DNA of 48,555 bases from NCBI RefSeq assembly GCF_001194135.2, contig NC_068994.1, positions 16,537,567-16,586,121 of the forward strand. The letters run 5' to 3'. Both the position numbers and the translations under genes were made by a program. The notes under the pieces are model-generated. The model was not told the origin of the DNA and did not search any database. It saw only the letters and a program-made list of their open reading frames with translations. This document shows, one piece after another, positions 12,084 through 23,689 of the stretch (its first letter is position 1; each line of letters begins with the position of its first letter). The stretch is from Octopus bimaculoides. Lineage: Eukaryota.

Positions 12084-12214
12084 TTTTTGGCTACTAAAGG
12101 CTGGTTTGAAAGGTTTTAGAAGTGGCCGAATTTCGCATAAAGTTGACTGATGAAGCTGCAAGCGTTGATACAAAGGTTGTTACTAATTATCCTGAGCAAC
12201 AGAAAGCATTATTG
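12084..12214 (+). mobile_element. Tigger/pogo transposase fragment (pseudogenised)
   Basis: Translates FLATKGWFERF*KWPNF / IKLTDEAASVDTKVVTNYPEQQKALL, matching the Tigger ASKGWFERFKKR...IKITGEAASAD motif. Confidence 0.7.
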
Positions 12215-12794
12215 CTTTTCTTTTCCGTTGCCTTATTTTTGTTTATGTCTTAGTCTGGATACTACTTATTTGGATACTTCCGTGCCGACCGAAACTTAAT
12301 CCGGATAACTGCTGGATTTCTTATTTTGTTTTATGATAGGCTTAATATGTAGCTACGCAATAAATGGAAATATTCTCATAAGTGTTTTAGTAGAAGTTTA
12401 TAACATCCCCCACATTACACCCTCCTGCCTTGTGAAAGAAACGGACACATATGACAGTGTCTGTTTACATGCTCGTGAAAAGATGAAATGACCATGATTG
12501 GAACGAGTTTGTTGATAGTAACATAGTTGTAGTGTGTGCCGCCCGGAACAGCCTTTGATTTGTCCCCACCCGTAGCCACAAGCCTTTACAGGCTTATACA
12601 ACAAACCCTCATAAAAGCACGCCCAGGGTGGAACAAACGCCCGCTCTCCTTACATCTACTAACTACGTTATTGTTGATAGGTATGCTTAATTGGGACTGA
12701 TCTGAGCTAAATAACATCGATGATAATAGGTTTATAAGACACAGTTTCTGAAGAAAAAGTTAAGTTGTACGCTAACTATTACTATAGAAACCAG

Positions 12795-13106
12795 GGCGAT
12801 CTTTCGGTACGAGTTCCTAATTATCGGCCTTTTCCGTAAAAAGTGTCTTCGGCGATTTTTACCAAAGATCAGCCTTTTCCGTAAAAAGTGTTGGAGGGAA
12901 ACAGGGAAACGACGTCATAACAGCGAAAGACATACAGTGAGCGCGATTTATTTTGAAGGGTTTAGAGTTAGGGTTAGGTTTACGGTTAGGGTTTGGGTTT
13001 GCGTTAGGGAATTCCGTCCCTAACCGTAACCCTAACCCTAACCCTGACACTAAAACCCTAACCCTAACACCGTAGTGAAGATCGTGCGGGTATTATGGAA
13101 AAGGCC
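12795..13106. mobile_element. Short element with 14-bp inverted termini and internal head-to-head degenerate telomeric (TTAGGG/CCCTAA) arrays; possibly Helentron-type non-autonomous
   Basis: ggccttttccgtaa (12826, repeated at about 12871) versus ttatggaaaaggcc (13093-13106); G-rich array 12958-13009, spacer aattccgt, C-rich array 13018-13068. Family assignment is inference. Confidence 0.5.
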
Positions 13107-13589
13107 NNNNNNNNNNNNNNNNNNNNNNNNNNNNNNNNNNNNNNNNNNNNNNNNNNNNNNNNNNNNNNNNNNNNNNNNNNNNNNNNNNNNNNNNNNNNNN
13201 NNNNNNNNNNNNNNNNNNNNNNNNNNNNNNNNNNNNNNNNNNNNNNNNNNNNNNNNNNNNNNNNNNNNNNNNNNNNNNNNNNNNNNNNNNNNNNNNNNNN
13301 NNNNNNNNNNNNNNNNNNNNNNNNNNNNNNNNNNNNNNNNNNNNNNNNNNNNNNNNNNNNNNNNNNNNNNNNNNNNNNNNNNNNNNNNNNNNNNNNNNNN
13401 NNNNNNNNNNNNNNNNNNNNNNNNNNNNNNNNNNNNNNNNNNNNNNNNNNNNNNNNNNNNNNNNNNNNNNNNNNNNNNNNNNNNNNNNNNNNNNNNNNNN
13501 NNNNNNNNNNNNNNNNNNNNNNNNNNNNNNNNNNNNNNNNNNNNNNNNNNNNNNNNNNNNNNNNNNNNNNNNNNNNNNNNNNNNNNNNA

Positions 13590-13678
13590 TGGCCCTTCCG
13601 GTCTGGCCCTTCCGGCCTGGCCCTTCCGGTCTGGCCCTTCCGGTCTGGTCCTTCCGGTCTGGCCCTTCCGGTCTGGCT
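13590..13678. repeat. 14-bp GC-rich minisatellite (tggcccttccggtc)n, six units visible, likely extending into the gap
   Basis: Direct observation; two single-base variants. Confidence 0.95.
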
Positions 13679-13819
13679 TCACTTCTGTTTGCCTCACCTC
13701 TCTCCACCAACAACATACAGCTCATCACAGCCCATAACACCACAAAATTATAATTAACTGATCCTCCTGTATTTTCTTTTACCCAAAGCTAGGAACTTTT
13801 CAGCACTCCCTTGCGTGTA

Positions 13820-13915
13820 CGGTAGGTGTTGGAAGACAGACTTTGCAGAGATGATGGTGGACAGGGAAGCGTAGAAAGAACTGATCAATGTGAGTCGAAT
13901 ACGCTCGACATAACA
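13820..13915 (+). mobile_element. Possible RTE LINE extreme 3' end
   Basis: Translates DFAEMMVDREA*KELINVSRIRST*, resembling RTE termini (M.DR..W...V...R.RST*), followed by a (TAA/CAA)-rich tail. Confidence 0.45.
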
Positions 13916-15705
13916 TAACGATATTATCATTGCGCAAAAAATAAATAAATAAATAATAATAACAACAACAATAATAATTAATAAATAATTAAATAAAATA
14001 AGTAATGTTTCAATGTATTTTAAATCTTCCTCCATACACCGAAACTTCTGAATATACAAGAAAGTGAACTGGATCTACAATATTTAACTCCATCTATTAC
14101 AACTCTATACTCCTACGAGGGAACCTATATGCGTCCCAGGTTTAACTGATACAATAAGTTAACTAATGTCCTAAACATAAACCAATATAAGTTTTCCCCT
14201 TGACCTTTCAATTGTCTGATTGGCAAGACATAAAAATTGTCTGTCTGGCAAGACATAAAGACATAATAATGAATGTGATAGTCACTGATTAAAAATTCAG
14301 TTTTCTTCTAAGACATCCACTAAGCCAGATCTCATAACCACATTAAGTATTACCTTTTTAACTCTATTTATTCATCAGTAATATAAGCTTATTTACAGGG
14401 CGGGGGGGGGATGAAAAATTCCAGCACATTTGTATTCATGTTTAACAAAAAAATTTTTAAACAGCGGGTCTTTGATTCAACCGTGCAATTTGTCCCATAA
14501 ATCCGGCACCGGGGGAAAAAAACAGCCTAATGCTGCTCTCGTCTCTTGATATTTCATGACATTTACATAGACAACTTAATTCACTTCTATATTGTGTTAC
14601 TCGTCTCGCTAGAAATGACCAATAGTCACAGCCAAGTATCTTAAAATAGCAGTGACACGAATAACGTAATCATAGATATAAGACAAACAGACGAGGTAGC
14701 CACGGCTGGAACACCATTGATCATCATTCGCTCGATCGGGGCAGAATTGATACAAAATGACTACAATAAAAATCATGCATTGCCTGTCAGAGAGTGCAGT
14801 TTGATGCTCGAAATATGAAATATCCACAGACGACGGTCATTAACCTTCATATGAAAAGGGACCCAGATTTCTTAATAGGGTAGGAAACTTCAACAAAGAG
14901 ATTTCCATGTCTTTTCTCAAGTACCGTACAAATTGTCCAGAGGAATAAATAGTACAGTCGACTTTTAAAAACGCAAGTTTGTCTTAAATCTTCATACTTG
15001 TTTTCAGTTTTTTAGTTAGCCCTTGTTTCATACGTTCTAAGTAATATAAAGCTTTTCTTTCATTAGTTCCAACTTACTCTAGTGATTGAAAAGAACAATG
15101 GGTACATTTATCGTATATGATGCATGGGCGCCTGGAAGGTGTATCCTATATACCACATGTAATACACAGGACAGGTAAAGGGTTATAAAATAAAGAAGAA
15201 AAGAGAAGGGAACTTACCTATGCCAATCTTTTATCGAAAAGACATGAGAAAATATGGCATCTTGACCAACTCCTGTGACATGTTATGAATATATTGATAA
15301 CTAGTGTTGACTGTAAGTAATAACAGCGTAAAATACATTTTAAGCTGTCAGCTGCCTTGTCCGAACAGCAATGCGTGACAGCTAATTTTATTTCGACCGT
15401 TTCTTCTATGTTGATGTAAAGCGTCAGGAGAAAAAGGCTACAGCTGTTGTTTCGATTGGATTTCGGATTTCTATTAAACATCAATCGATCTATTGTTGAC
15501 AATCTAGACTACATTTCTTTTCCATTTGTTCTTTAGCTGTCGATGGGCAGCTTGAATGGAGGCTGGTTAGATCAAGTTATAGAGATAAACTGAATTGCGT
15601 TATGTATGAGAGAAATTCATAAACCTTTTATGTCTATTATATGTGTATAAAATTATATTTATGTGCGTACAGATTCAGACATTAATATTTCGATGTTTAT
15701 GTATG

Positions 15706-15870
15706 TATGTATGTATGTATGCATGCATATCGAATGTATGTATGTATGCATGCATATCGAATGTATGTATGTGTATGCATGCATGTATATGCTTGTCAAA
15801 TGTATGTATGAATGTGTATGCACGCAGATGTATGCATGCCGAATGTATCAATGTATGCCTATGGATATAT
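15706..15870. repeat. Degenerate (ATGT)n/(ATGC)n microsatellite
   Basis: Direct observation, including a duplicated gcatgcatatcgaatgtatgtatgt unit. Confidence 0.9.
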
Positions 15871-16447
15871 GAATTTCTTTCTTTTCTAATCATTTGAGTT
15901 CTCCCTACAAAGGAGTTGGTTCCTAACAAAGAAACAAAACGCCATCGCTGAAACTTTGATAACAAAAACGGTAAACGATTACGTGTGGAACTTTAGAAAA
16001 GTCTTGCACAGTTTTGCTGTTTCAAATACAGATATTTACAGATTGTATTCGTAAAGAGAAGGTTAGCTGGTTGCTTTACCTGAAAACTCTTACTTTTCGA
16101 AATTATCACTTAGACATTTAGTAACAAAGCCAAGAGCACCAATAACTATCGTAAGCAATACGAATTTATTATCTAGATCGGGGGTTTCACAACCATTTTT
16201 TTTTTCATCTATGGATCCCTTTGATTACTATTTTACTCTGGTGGACCTCCGTAGCCATTCGACGTTTAAAAACCAGTTTTATAGATACAATGAAGATTTG
16301 TAAGACATTCCAGAAATTCTCCATCTGAGATTCTCATGCGAATACATGCACACGCTTGGGTGAATGCATCGACTTTCTTGTCGCTTTGTTAGCGACAGGC
16401 TTGAACTCTCCCAAGAACTTCAATTAAACTCAAAGAAAAACACACTA

Positions 16448-16536
16448 CATACATACATGCACGTGCACACGCACACACACACATACATACATACATACAT
16501 ACATACATACATACATACATACATACATACATACAT
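16448..16536. repeat. (CA)n/(CATA)n microsatellite
   Basis: Direct observation. Confidence 0.95.
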
Positions 16537-16813
16537 AGACGGATTCTTTGAACCACCACGTGCAGGTTCCTGAATGCTTTCATCAGATATTCAAACATTT
16601 AAAACATGTTCTGAATTGACAGTAGGTCTTCACGGACTCCAGACACAGAGATTTTGACGAGGGTGAGGAGAAGTCTCCTGCGTTGAGGCAGGATGTGTGT
16701 GTGTGTGTACGTGAATGTAATTTATGCACGTCCACAAATTAGCATGTCACTCCAATTTTAGGAGGACATTCGTCATGACCCTAGCTGTATTTTCGTCAAC
16801 TTATTTTTCCCAG

Positions 16814-16909
16814 GGGCACCAGCGAATAGCGGTAAAAATAAATTTTCAACCAAAACTTTTAACAATTTTCAAGTCGGAGAAATCCACCATTGTTTACAAA
16901 CAGCGACGA
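16814..16909 (+). other. Candidate non-coding 5' exon of the chitin-binding gene
   Basis: Acceptor aacttatttttcccag|, donor CGA|gtaagttttt at 16910; 96 nt, no ATG. The first coding exon begins with a splice acceptor, so an upstream exon is expected. Confidence 0.4.
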
Positions 16910-17384
16910 GTAAGTTTTTGTTAAAACTTTTGTTGTTTCTTTTTCCATCGATGAAAAAAGTGTTTTGTTGATATTCAGGCAACACACACACACACACACA
17001 CACACACACGAACATGTATGCGTACAAAAAACATGTATGCAATAGGTGTACGTACGTGTGTGTGTGTGTATACTTAAGACAGTTGTGATCTGAACGTAAA
17101 CACTTCTGACACAGAGGATCGGGAGCCCTTTTGGACATTCTATTTTCCTTGCTGGAAGGGTTCCCAACCCATGGGTAAAGAGGTGGGGTAGATGATGGGG
17201 GTGGTGTTTTCAAAGGGCTAGCATGTGCAACCTGATCACCTCTGCCGATCAAACTCCCAACCCATGCGCTCCTGTCGCGACACTGATTCTGCAGAACTGG
17301 GTTGGGTGTGAAAACCAACTTTAAAGTATAAATACAGATGTTTTTGAATCAGCAATGTTGTGTTCGGTTAAGTCCTATTTGGGG

Positions 17385-17812
17385 TGAGAAATCAATAAAC
17401 TGATTCCTTATGGAATTTTCCATTTAATCAGGATTTTTTTTTAAATCGATAAACCGATTCCTTATAAGATTTCCCAATAAAATTGGCTACGCCCCATTTT
17501 CAACCATGACTTTTACCAAATTTGATGTATTTTGTTCAAACTTGATGCCAGCATTACTTAGGACTCTTGAATGATTTAAGTTCTCCAAAAACGAGAAAAA
17601 AAAATCGATGAGAGGAAAAAATCAATAAACCGATTCCTTATGGGATTTCCCAATCAAGTTCTCTGCAACTCGTTTTCAGCCAAAAGTTTACCAATTTCAA
17701 CGGATTTCGCTCAAATTTGACGTCGATGTTACTTAGTTTGGTTTGAAATAAAGAACTGGATTAGCTTAACAATCCTAACTTAATCCCGGGCAAAGCCGGG
17801 CTATACTGCTAG
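17385..17812 (+). mobile_element. Non-autonomous Helitron, 3' end
   Basis: Terminal hairpin cccgg-gcaaag-ccggg (17785-17800), then ctatactg-CTAG|T (17809-17812); three internal copies of aatc(a/g)ataaac(c/t)gattcctta. 5' end not identified. Confidence 0.75.
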
Positions 17813-17962
17813 TCTGAAATAAGTGAAGTCAAATGGGAAAGAAATACTTTTGATTGCTACCAATGGAGAAGTATGGGATGGTACGGATTTTATTATATTT
17901 TCATGTGCACATTTTCCAATCATGAATTTTAATAAGTCGCGCAAGCACATGATACTTGTTAA

Positions 17963-18290
17963 TTGGATAGTGTAAGCTGGGTGTACGATATTTATGAATG
18001 TTTATGTCTTTCCAAAGCTGTGTTCCCTAGTCAACAACGAAGTCATGAAGTCAGACAAACTATTGACTCCAATAATTTTAAGACAAACGATTGCGTAACA
18101 CGCTGTACTTATAGAAAGGCTTTGAAATCTGTTGGCGGCTTAAAAAGACACAGCGCTATACATAGGAATATACTTCAGTGTGCTGATATGCACATATGAG
18201 GATTTGGTTGCAATGTTTGCCAAGAGACATGCAGGAGCTTTAGAGAGCTTAAAGAGTCTCTGTCGAAAGCACGATTCTTTTAATTGTCAG
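17963..18290 (+). mobile_element. Probable RTE-type LINE 3' end with two decayed C2H2-like zinc fingers
   Basis: CTYRKALKSVGGLKRHSAIH and GFGCNVCQETCRSFRELK in different frames; no splice context. A pseudo-exon of a C2H2 gene cannot be excluded. Confidence 0.5.
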
Positions 18291-18949
18291 TGAAAGTTTT
18301 ACTCCGGCCGTGACTGGAAAGCTATCCTGTATGTGTGCGCGTGCTCGCGTGTGTATGTATGCATGTGTGTGTGTGTGTGTNNNNNNNNNNNNNNNNNNNN
18401 NNNNNNNNNNNNNNNNNNNNNNNNNNNNNNNNNNNNNNNNNNNNNNNNNNNNNNNNNNNNNNNNNNNNNNNNNNNNNNNNNNNNNNNNNNNNNNNNNNNN
18501 NNNNNNNNNNNNNNNNNNNNNNNNNNNNNNNNNNNNNNNNNNNNNNNNNNNNNNNNNNNNNNNNNNNNNNNNNNNNNNNNNNNNNNNNNNNNNNNNNNNN
18601 NNNNNNNNNNNNNNNNNNNNNNNNNNNNNNNNNNNNNNNNNNNNNNNNNNNNNNNNNNNNNNNNNNNNNNNNNNNNNNNNNNNNNNNNNNNNNNNNNNNN
18701 NNNNNNNNNNNNNNNNNNNNNNNNNNNNNNNNNNNNNNNNNNNNNNNNNNNNNNNNNNNNNNNNNNNNNNNNNNNNNNNNNNNNNNNNNNNNNNNNNNNN
18801 NNNNNNNNNNNNNNNNNNNNNNNNNNNNNNNNNNNNNNNNNNNNNNNNNNNNNNNNNNNNNNNNNNNNNNNNNNNNNNNNNNNNNNNNNNNNNNNNNNNN
18901 NNNNNNNNNNNNNNNNNNNNNNNNNNNNNNNNNNNNNNNNNNNNNNATT

Positions 18950-19760
18950 GTGCTCATATGTTCATTCCAAGAAATTCAAATGAATCTTTGGACTGGTCTT
19001 AACCCATTACCTACCAGTGATCTCATATGAGATCACTTAAAAATTACAAATTTCGTAATTATCTGTCAATATTTACACATATCTAAGCTTTTTGCTATAT
19101 CTACTAGGTATATTTCTCTGATATTCAAATGAGGTTTGCTGATTTTTCACCCAATATCTCGCTTATTTCTATTTAAAATGTTATTTTGAAATGTTATTTT
19201 GATCATTCCAGCGTATTTCTAAGGCCGTTTTATGCTAGAAATCAAAGTTTCATAAAAATATTCCAGTTAATAGAATTATGGGAGGTAATGGGTTAACCTA
19301 TGAAAATGGATACTAATGAAAATATTTTAACACATACGTGTTATCTTTTTGCATAATTCTATGCGAGACTTCACATCCGATGAACAGCTGATCTTTAGAA
19401 CTGTACATAAATTCTGTCCTCTATCCCATAGAGCAATATCAAGCCAGTTGCGTTTGCACGTTCCACCTGTATTCCTTGTTTTTAAAGGTGCGGATACTTT
19501 AAAATAATTCTGGTTTTTGGAGTGGCTGTCAGGAGAATCCTCCCTGCGGATAGCATTGCGAATGGTTCGAGCGACAATGTTATGTCTCGTGAGAAGGTAG
19601 TATCTTCAGGACAATTTGGAGCATCTGCTGATGATGATGCTGGTAATACTTTCACACTATTAGGTTACACTTGACATTTCCTATCACACAGCATTCTTAT
19701 CTTTCTTACTCCTGAATAACGAAGGCACATCTTTCTAGATGGGATGTAATGAATCAAACA
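18950..19760 (-). mobile_element. R4/Dong-clade non-LTR retrotransposon remnant (CCHC plus restriction-like endonuclease region)
   Basis: Minus-strand translation with frameshifts: ITSHLERCAFVIQE*, SIIISRCSKLS*RYYLLTRHNIVARTIRNAIRREDSP, NKEYRWNV, LDIALWDRGQNLCTVLKISCSSDV. Confidence 0.8.
19003..19292. mobile_element. piggyBac-type MITE (290 bp) inserted in the R4/Dong remnant
   Basis: TTAA|cccattacct ... aggtaatggg|TTAA: perfect TTAA TSD (18999-19002, 19293-19296) and CCC/GGG termini. Confidence 0.88.
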
Positions 19761-19793
19761 CAGATCCAGAAGAGGGTATTCTTTCTTTCTGCC

Positions 19794-20194
19794 AATGTCA
19801 TTGAGAAAGATCCACGTAAAAACACTCGAGAACTGGCAAAAGAACTTTAAGTTAGCCAGGAAACTGCCTGCAACCATTTGCATGCAATCGGAAAATCAAA
19901 AAAAACTTGACAAGGAGATACCACACGATTTGAATGGAAATCAGAAAATGCGCAGTGGTTGGACCAAAACGTTCTTCGCAGTGGTTGAATCAAAATGAAG
20001 CACCGAAAACCTTCCCTAAACCCGAGCTCTTCAAAAAGAAGCTTGTGGTGACTGTTTGGTGGTGTACTGCTGGACTCATCCACTATAATTTCTTAAAACC
20101 AGGAAAAACCATTACTGCAGAACCATATTGCCATGAAATTTCCAAAATAAACGAAAAACTATTTCTCCTCCGTACCAGACTGGTCAACAGAAGA
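19794..20194 (+). mobile_element. mariner transposase fragment (pseudogenised), cut by a gap
   Basis: NVIEKDPRKNTRELAKEL*VSQETACNHLHAIG / KLDKEIPHDLNGNQK / QWL..NEAPKTFPKPELFKKKLVVTVWWCTAGLIHYNFLKPGKTITAEPYCHEI; the first catalytic D region is deleted. Confidence 0.9.
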
Positions 20195-21107
20195 NNNNNN
20201 NNNNNNNNNNNNNNNNNNNNNNNNNNNNNNNNNNNNNNNNNNNNNNNNNNNNNNNNNNNNNNNNNNNNNNNNNNNNNNNNNNNNNNNNNNNNNNNNNNNN
20301 NNNNNNNNNNNNNNNNNNNNNNNNNNNNNNNNNNNNNNNNNNNNNNNNNNNNNNNNNNNNNNNNNNNNNNNNNNNNNNNNNNNNNNNNNNNNNNNNNNNN
20401 NNNNNNNNNNNNNNNNNNNNNNNNNNNNNNNNNNNNNNNNNNNNNNNNNNNNNNNNNNNNNNNNNNNNNNNNNNNNNNNNNNNNNNNNNNNNNNNNNNNN
20501 NNNNNNNNNNNNNNNNNNNNNNNNNNNNNNNNNNNNNNNNNNNNNNNNNNNNNNNNNNNNNNNNNNNNNNNNNNNNNNNNNNNNNNNNNNNNNNNNNNNN
20601 NNNNNNNNNNNNNNNNNNNNNNNNNNNNNNNNNNNNNNNNNNNNNNNNNNNNNNNNNNNNNNNNNNNNNNNNNNNNNNNNNNNNNNNNNNNNNNNNNNNN
20701 NNNNNNNNNNNNNNNNNNNNNNNNNNNNNNNNNNNNNNNNNNNNNNNNNNNNNNNNNNNNNNNNNNNNNNNNNNNNNNNNNNNNNNNNNNNNNNNNNNNN
20801 NNNNNNNNNNNNNNNNNNNNNNNNNNNNNNNNNNNNNNNNNNNNNNNNNNNNNNNNNNNNNNNNNNNNNNNNNNNNNNNNNNNNNNNNNNNNNNNNNNNN
20901 NNNNNNNNNNNNNNNNNNNNNNNNNNNNNNNNNNNNNNNNNNNNNNNNNNNNNNNNNNNNNNNNNNNNNNNNNNNNNNNNNNNNNNNNNNNNNNNNNNNN
21001 NNNNNNNNNNNNNNNNNNNNNNNNNNNNNNNNNNNNNNNNNNNNNNNNNNNNNNNNNNNNNNNNNNNNNNNNNNNNNNNNNNNNNNNNNNNNNNNNNNNN
21101 NNNNNNN

Positions 21108-21558
21108 GATCAGCACTGCTACACTCAGCCTCTCCTCACTTTCACATACAGAACTTTTCCTATAGTGTACTAACGAACTGGTATAATTGTTCACGTGTTA
21201 TTGACTCTCTTTTTCTCTGCTGTAATATTTCTCATACACACATGTATCACTCACATACACACTTTTCTTTGTATGACGGCCTATCTTTGATTATGTTATT
21301 ATATGTCGCATTCACACTCTCACACAGACATACATCTTTAACGCTACAATAAATATCTCTGTTATCCATCTTATACGGTTGTGGTCTTTCATTACTGGTC
21401 ATCTATGTTATCGTCGTATAACATATCATGTATATCAATTATTGATATATATGATATTGTGTGTTCGACCGTGTGATACGTGTAAATAAAAGGAGTCCTC
21501 TGTTTCTTCCATTCGTCACCATTTCTCCTTTTATGAGTTCGCACGGTCGTCCCTTACA
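21108..21558 (+). mobile_element. 3' part of a Gypsy-type LTR (5' part in the gap), related to 39799-41027
   Basis: Ends gttcgcacggtcgtcccttACA; AATAAA at 21348; shares tgtgttcgacc.tg.ga...aaaaggag.c and atgtcgcat..cac...cacagaca blocks with the second copy. Confidence 0.7.
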
Positions 21559-21598
21559 ATGCCATAATAGTAATTTAATAAGCTTCTATAATCTTTAT

Positions 21599-22300
21599 TT
21601 ATAAGTACCTTGTTAGATACTCCCCCAGCTGCTTATGGCTGGCCAAGATCATCCTGCCTATGGTGCAGTACGACATCGACATCTTGCTGGGGTTCAGCGT
21701 TTTGATCAGGCCGACAAAAGTGGGGGACTCCACTACATTCAGCGGTAACGTGTTGTCGACAAACCGGTCTACAATCCTTCGGTCCACCGTAGACTGACGG
21801 ATGCAAGTGCCAACAGTATGGGCAAACGCCTCGCCAATGGTGGGCTGATGTGCTTTCTTTGCATATGGCTGCACCGACTGGCTACTGGCACTGCCATCAA
21901 AATATTGCTTGTGTTTCCCACGGGAAGAGCCGGCCTTGATCCTCTCCTTAAACTGGATGAGAGCAATGCCCACGGCCTTTTTACGTAGCCTTCGACACTG
22001 GTGTGGGAAAGGAAGGCTGAAACTATGACTCACTGGTTGCTGCAATATGAAGCAACACATCAAGATATCGAGTTATCTTCAGACTGAAGACCTGGTCTGA
22101 ATGCTTACAACAGAGTCTCTGCTAGAAACACCAAAGGGCTGGGTGGTACTGTTAAACCAGGTGAAGATTAAGTTTACCATCCCGGAACAGGTATTGTCCA
22201 TATCGCGGTCTTTAGCACCGTTTTCGTTTTCTCGGGCTTTCACGTCAACTCGAACCTATAGTGGAATGTATTTGCTAAAAGTGTCGTTCGGTGAGATTGA
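21599..22300 (-). mobile_element. hAT (ZBED-like) transposase remnant
   Basis: ORF 21599-22063 contains VDRRIVDRFVDNTLPLNVVESPTFVGLIKTLNPSKMSMSYCTIGRMI, the N-terminal hAT/Hermes-type region (LPLS.VE...F..L...LNP.Y..PSR.T). The right boundary is approximate. Confidence 0.75.
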
Positions 22301-23689
22301 ACTTGAAATTACGTAATGGCGAAGCGAACCACACAACCATGCCTGCGTTCAGAAACGTGTCTCTATCCCACCACCACGCGATGTTGTTGACAAGATACAA
22401 ACTGCTGACCCTTCAGATGATAGACCAGCCTGCTATTGACTCCACCATCGGAAAAATCAATTGTTTACTTCGATTTCAACGATGTTAAATAATCAATACA
22501 AGAAGAGGGAAATTATTGAGTCCATAATTAAATATAACGATTGAGTAATTAAGCTCAAGAAAAAAAACTTAGACAAGTGGAGTTTAGTGACACAACACAA
22601 TCCCTGGGCATAAACAACAATGTTTAATGACAAGCTGAGACCAAGTGGTTTGGGGATCGGCTTATGGATTATTTTTTGTTTTATATTTAATTGATTTTCT
22701 CCTTACTCAGTTTCTTTTCTTCTCTTTCTTCTTCTTCTTCTCTTTCGTCTTCCTGTTCGCCATCGTTATCTTTCTATACACTATTTTACTGATTTCTAGT
22801 TGCTTTCAATGTTTTTCATGAGAAAAAATTGTTTGGATTTATTCATTCGGAAATGCAAAGTAAATATATGTTATTGGAGGGAGAAAAAAAAAGAGAGTAG
22901 AAAGAAAATAAAACTAGTACAATTGTTAAGAACGAGTTTGATAAACTCGCTCCTTACATCTTTTTTTCTCGATACACGTATGCATTTATCCTTTTATTCT
23001 CTTCCATGTGCAATGATAAATAGACCGTACAAAGTGTCTTCTGCGTTGTTATTTTGAAAATAAAACACAGTGATGCAAACAAATTTGTGACACTGTATGA
23101 AATACTGGTTTGGCAAAGCCAATATAGATAGGTATGGCAATTACATCAACTTTGAAAAAAAGACTAAATAATTTGAAAAAAATATTACTTGACAGGGTAC
23201 GTAGCTCAGAGATCGGGGAGTCTCTCCAGAATGAGCCACTACTTCTCCACGTTGAGAGGTTATAGCTCCGGTACTATAGATATGTGATTTTAATGTCGCA
23301 GGAAAAAATCACAAGATGGATTCTTCAAGCTGAAGAATCCATTTTATGACCTAAGGATGGATCAAAATCCCTGAGACCAAAAGCAAGATAGTCTTGTCTC
23401 AGTTGGTCACGCTTGGAAATTCAGCCAGAAAGTATAATGATGGTTGCATTTGATAAGACCCTTTGGAGGAAGTGCCTGGGGATTCTACCCAAGAACTCTC
23501 CCAGGAACAGTGGGCAGAGATGGATGGATAGATGGATGGTTGGATGGATATATAAATTATGACATTATAAGATATTTGACAAAATATAAGATACTTGACA
23601 CTTTGCGTAACAGTTGAAAGTCTTTGCGTTTCGGAGTGATACATGAGAAGGGGTTTTAATTTCTTATCATTAGAGAGATTTCCTCCCAG

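Noticed and set aside
12958-13068. Literal ancestral chromosome-fusion site
   Set aside because: Not asserted: the arrays are only about 50 bp each and lie inside inverted termini; kept as a finding with the transposon explanation preferred.
17255-17310. Possible HDV-like ribozyme (cccaaccca...gcgctcctgtcgcg...tgggttggg)
   Set aside because: A long-range stem exists, but there is no P1 partner, no GG for P1.1 and the L3 G is misplaced.
17963-18290. Functional C2H2 zinc-finger gene exon
   Set aside because: The fingers are degenerate, in different frames, lack TGEKP linkers and splice sites; a LINE tail is more parsimonious.
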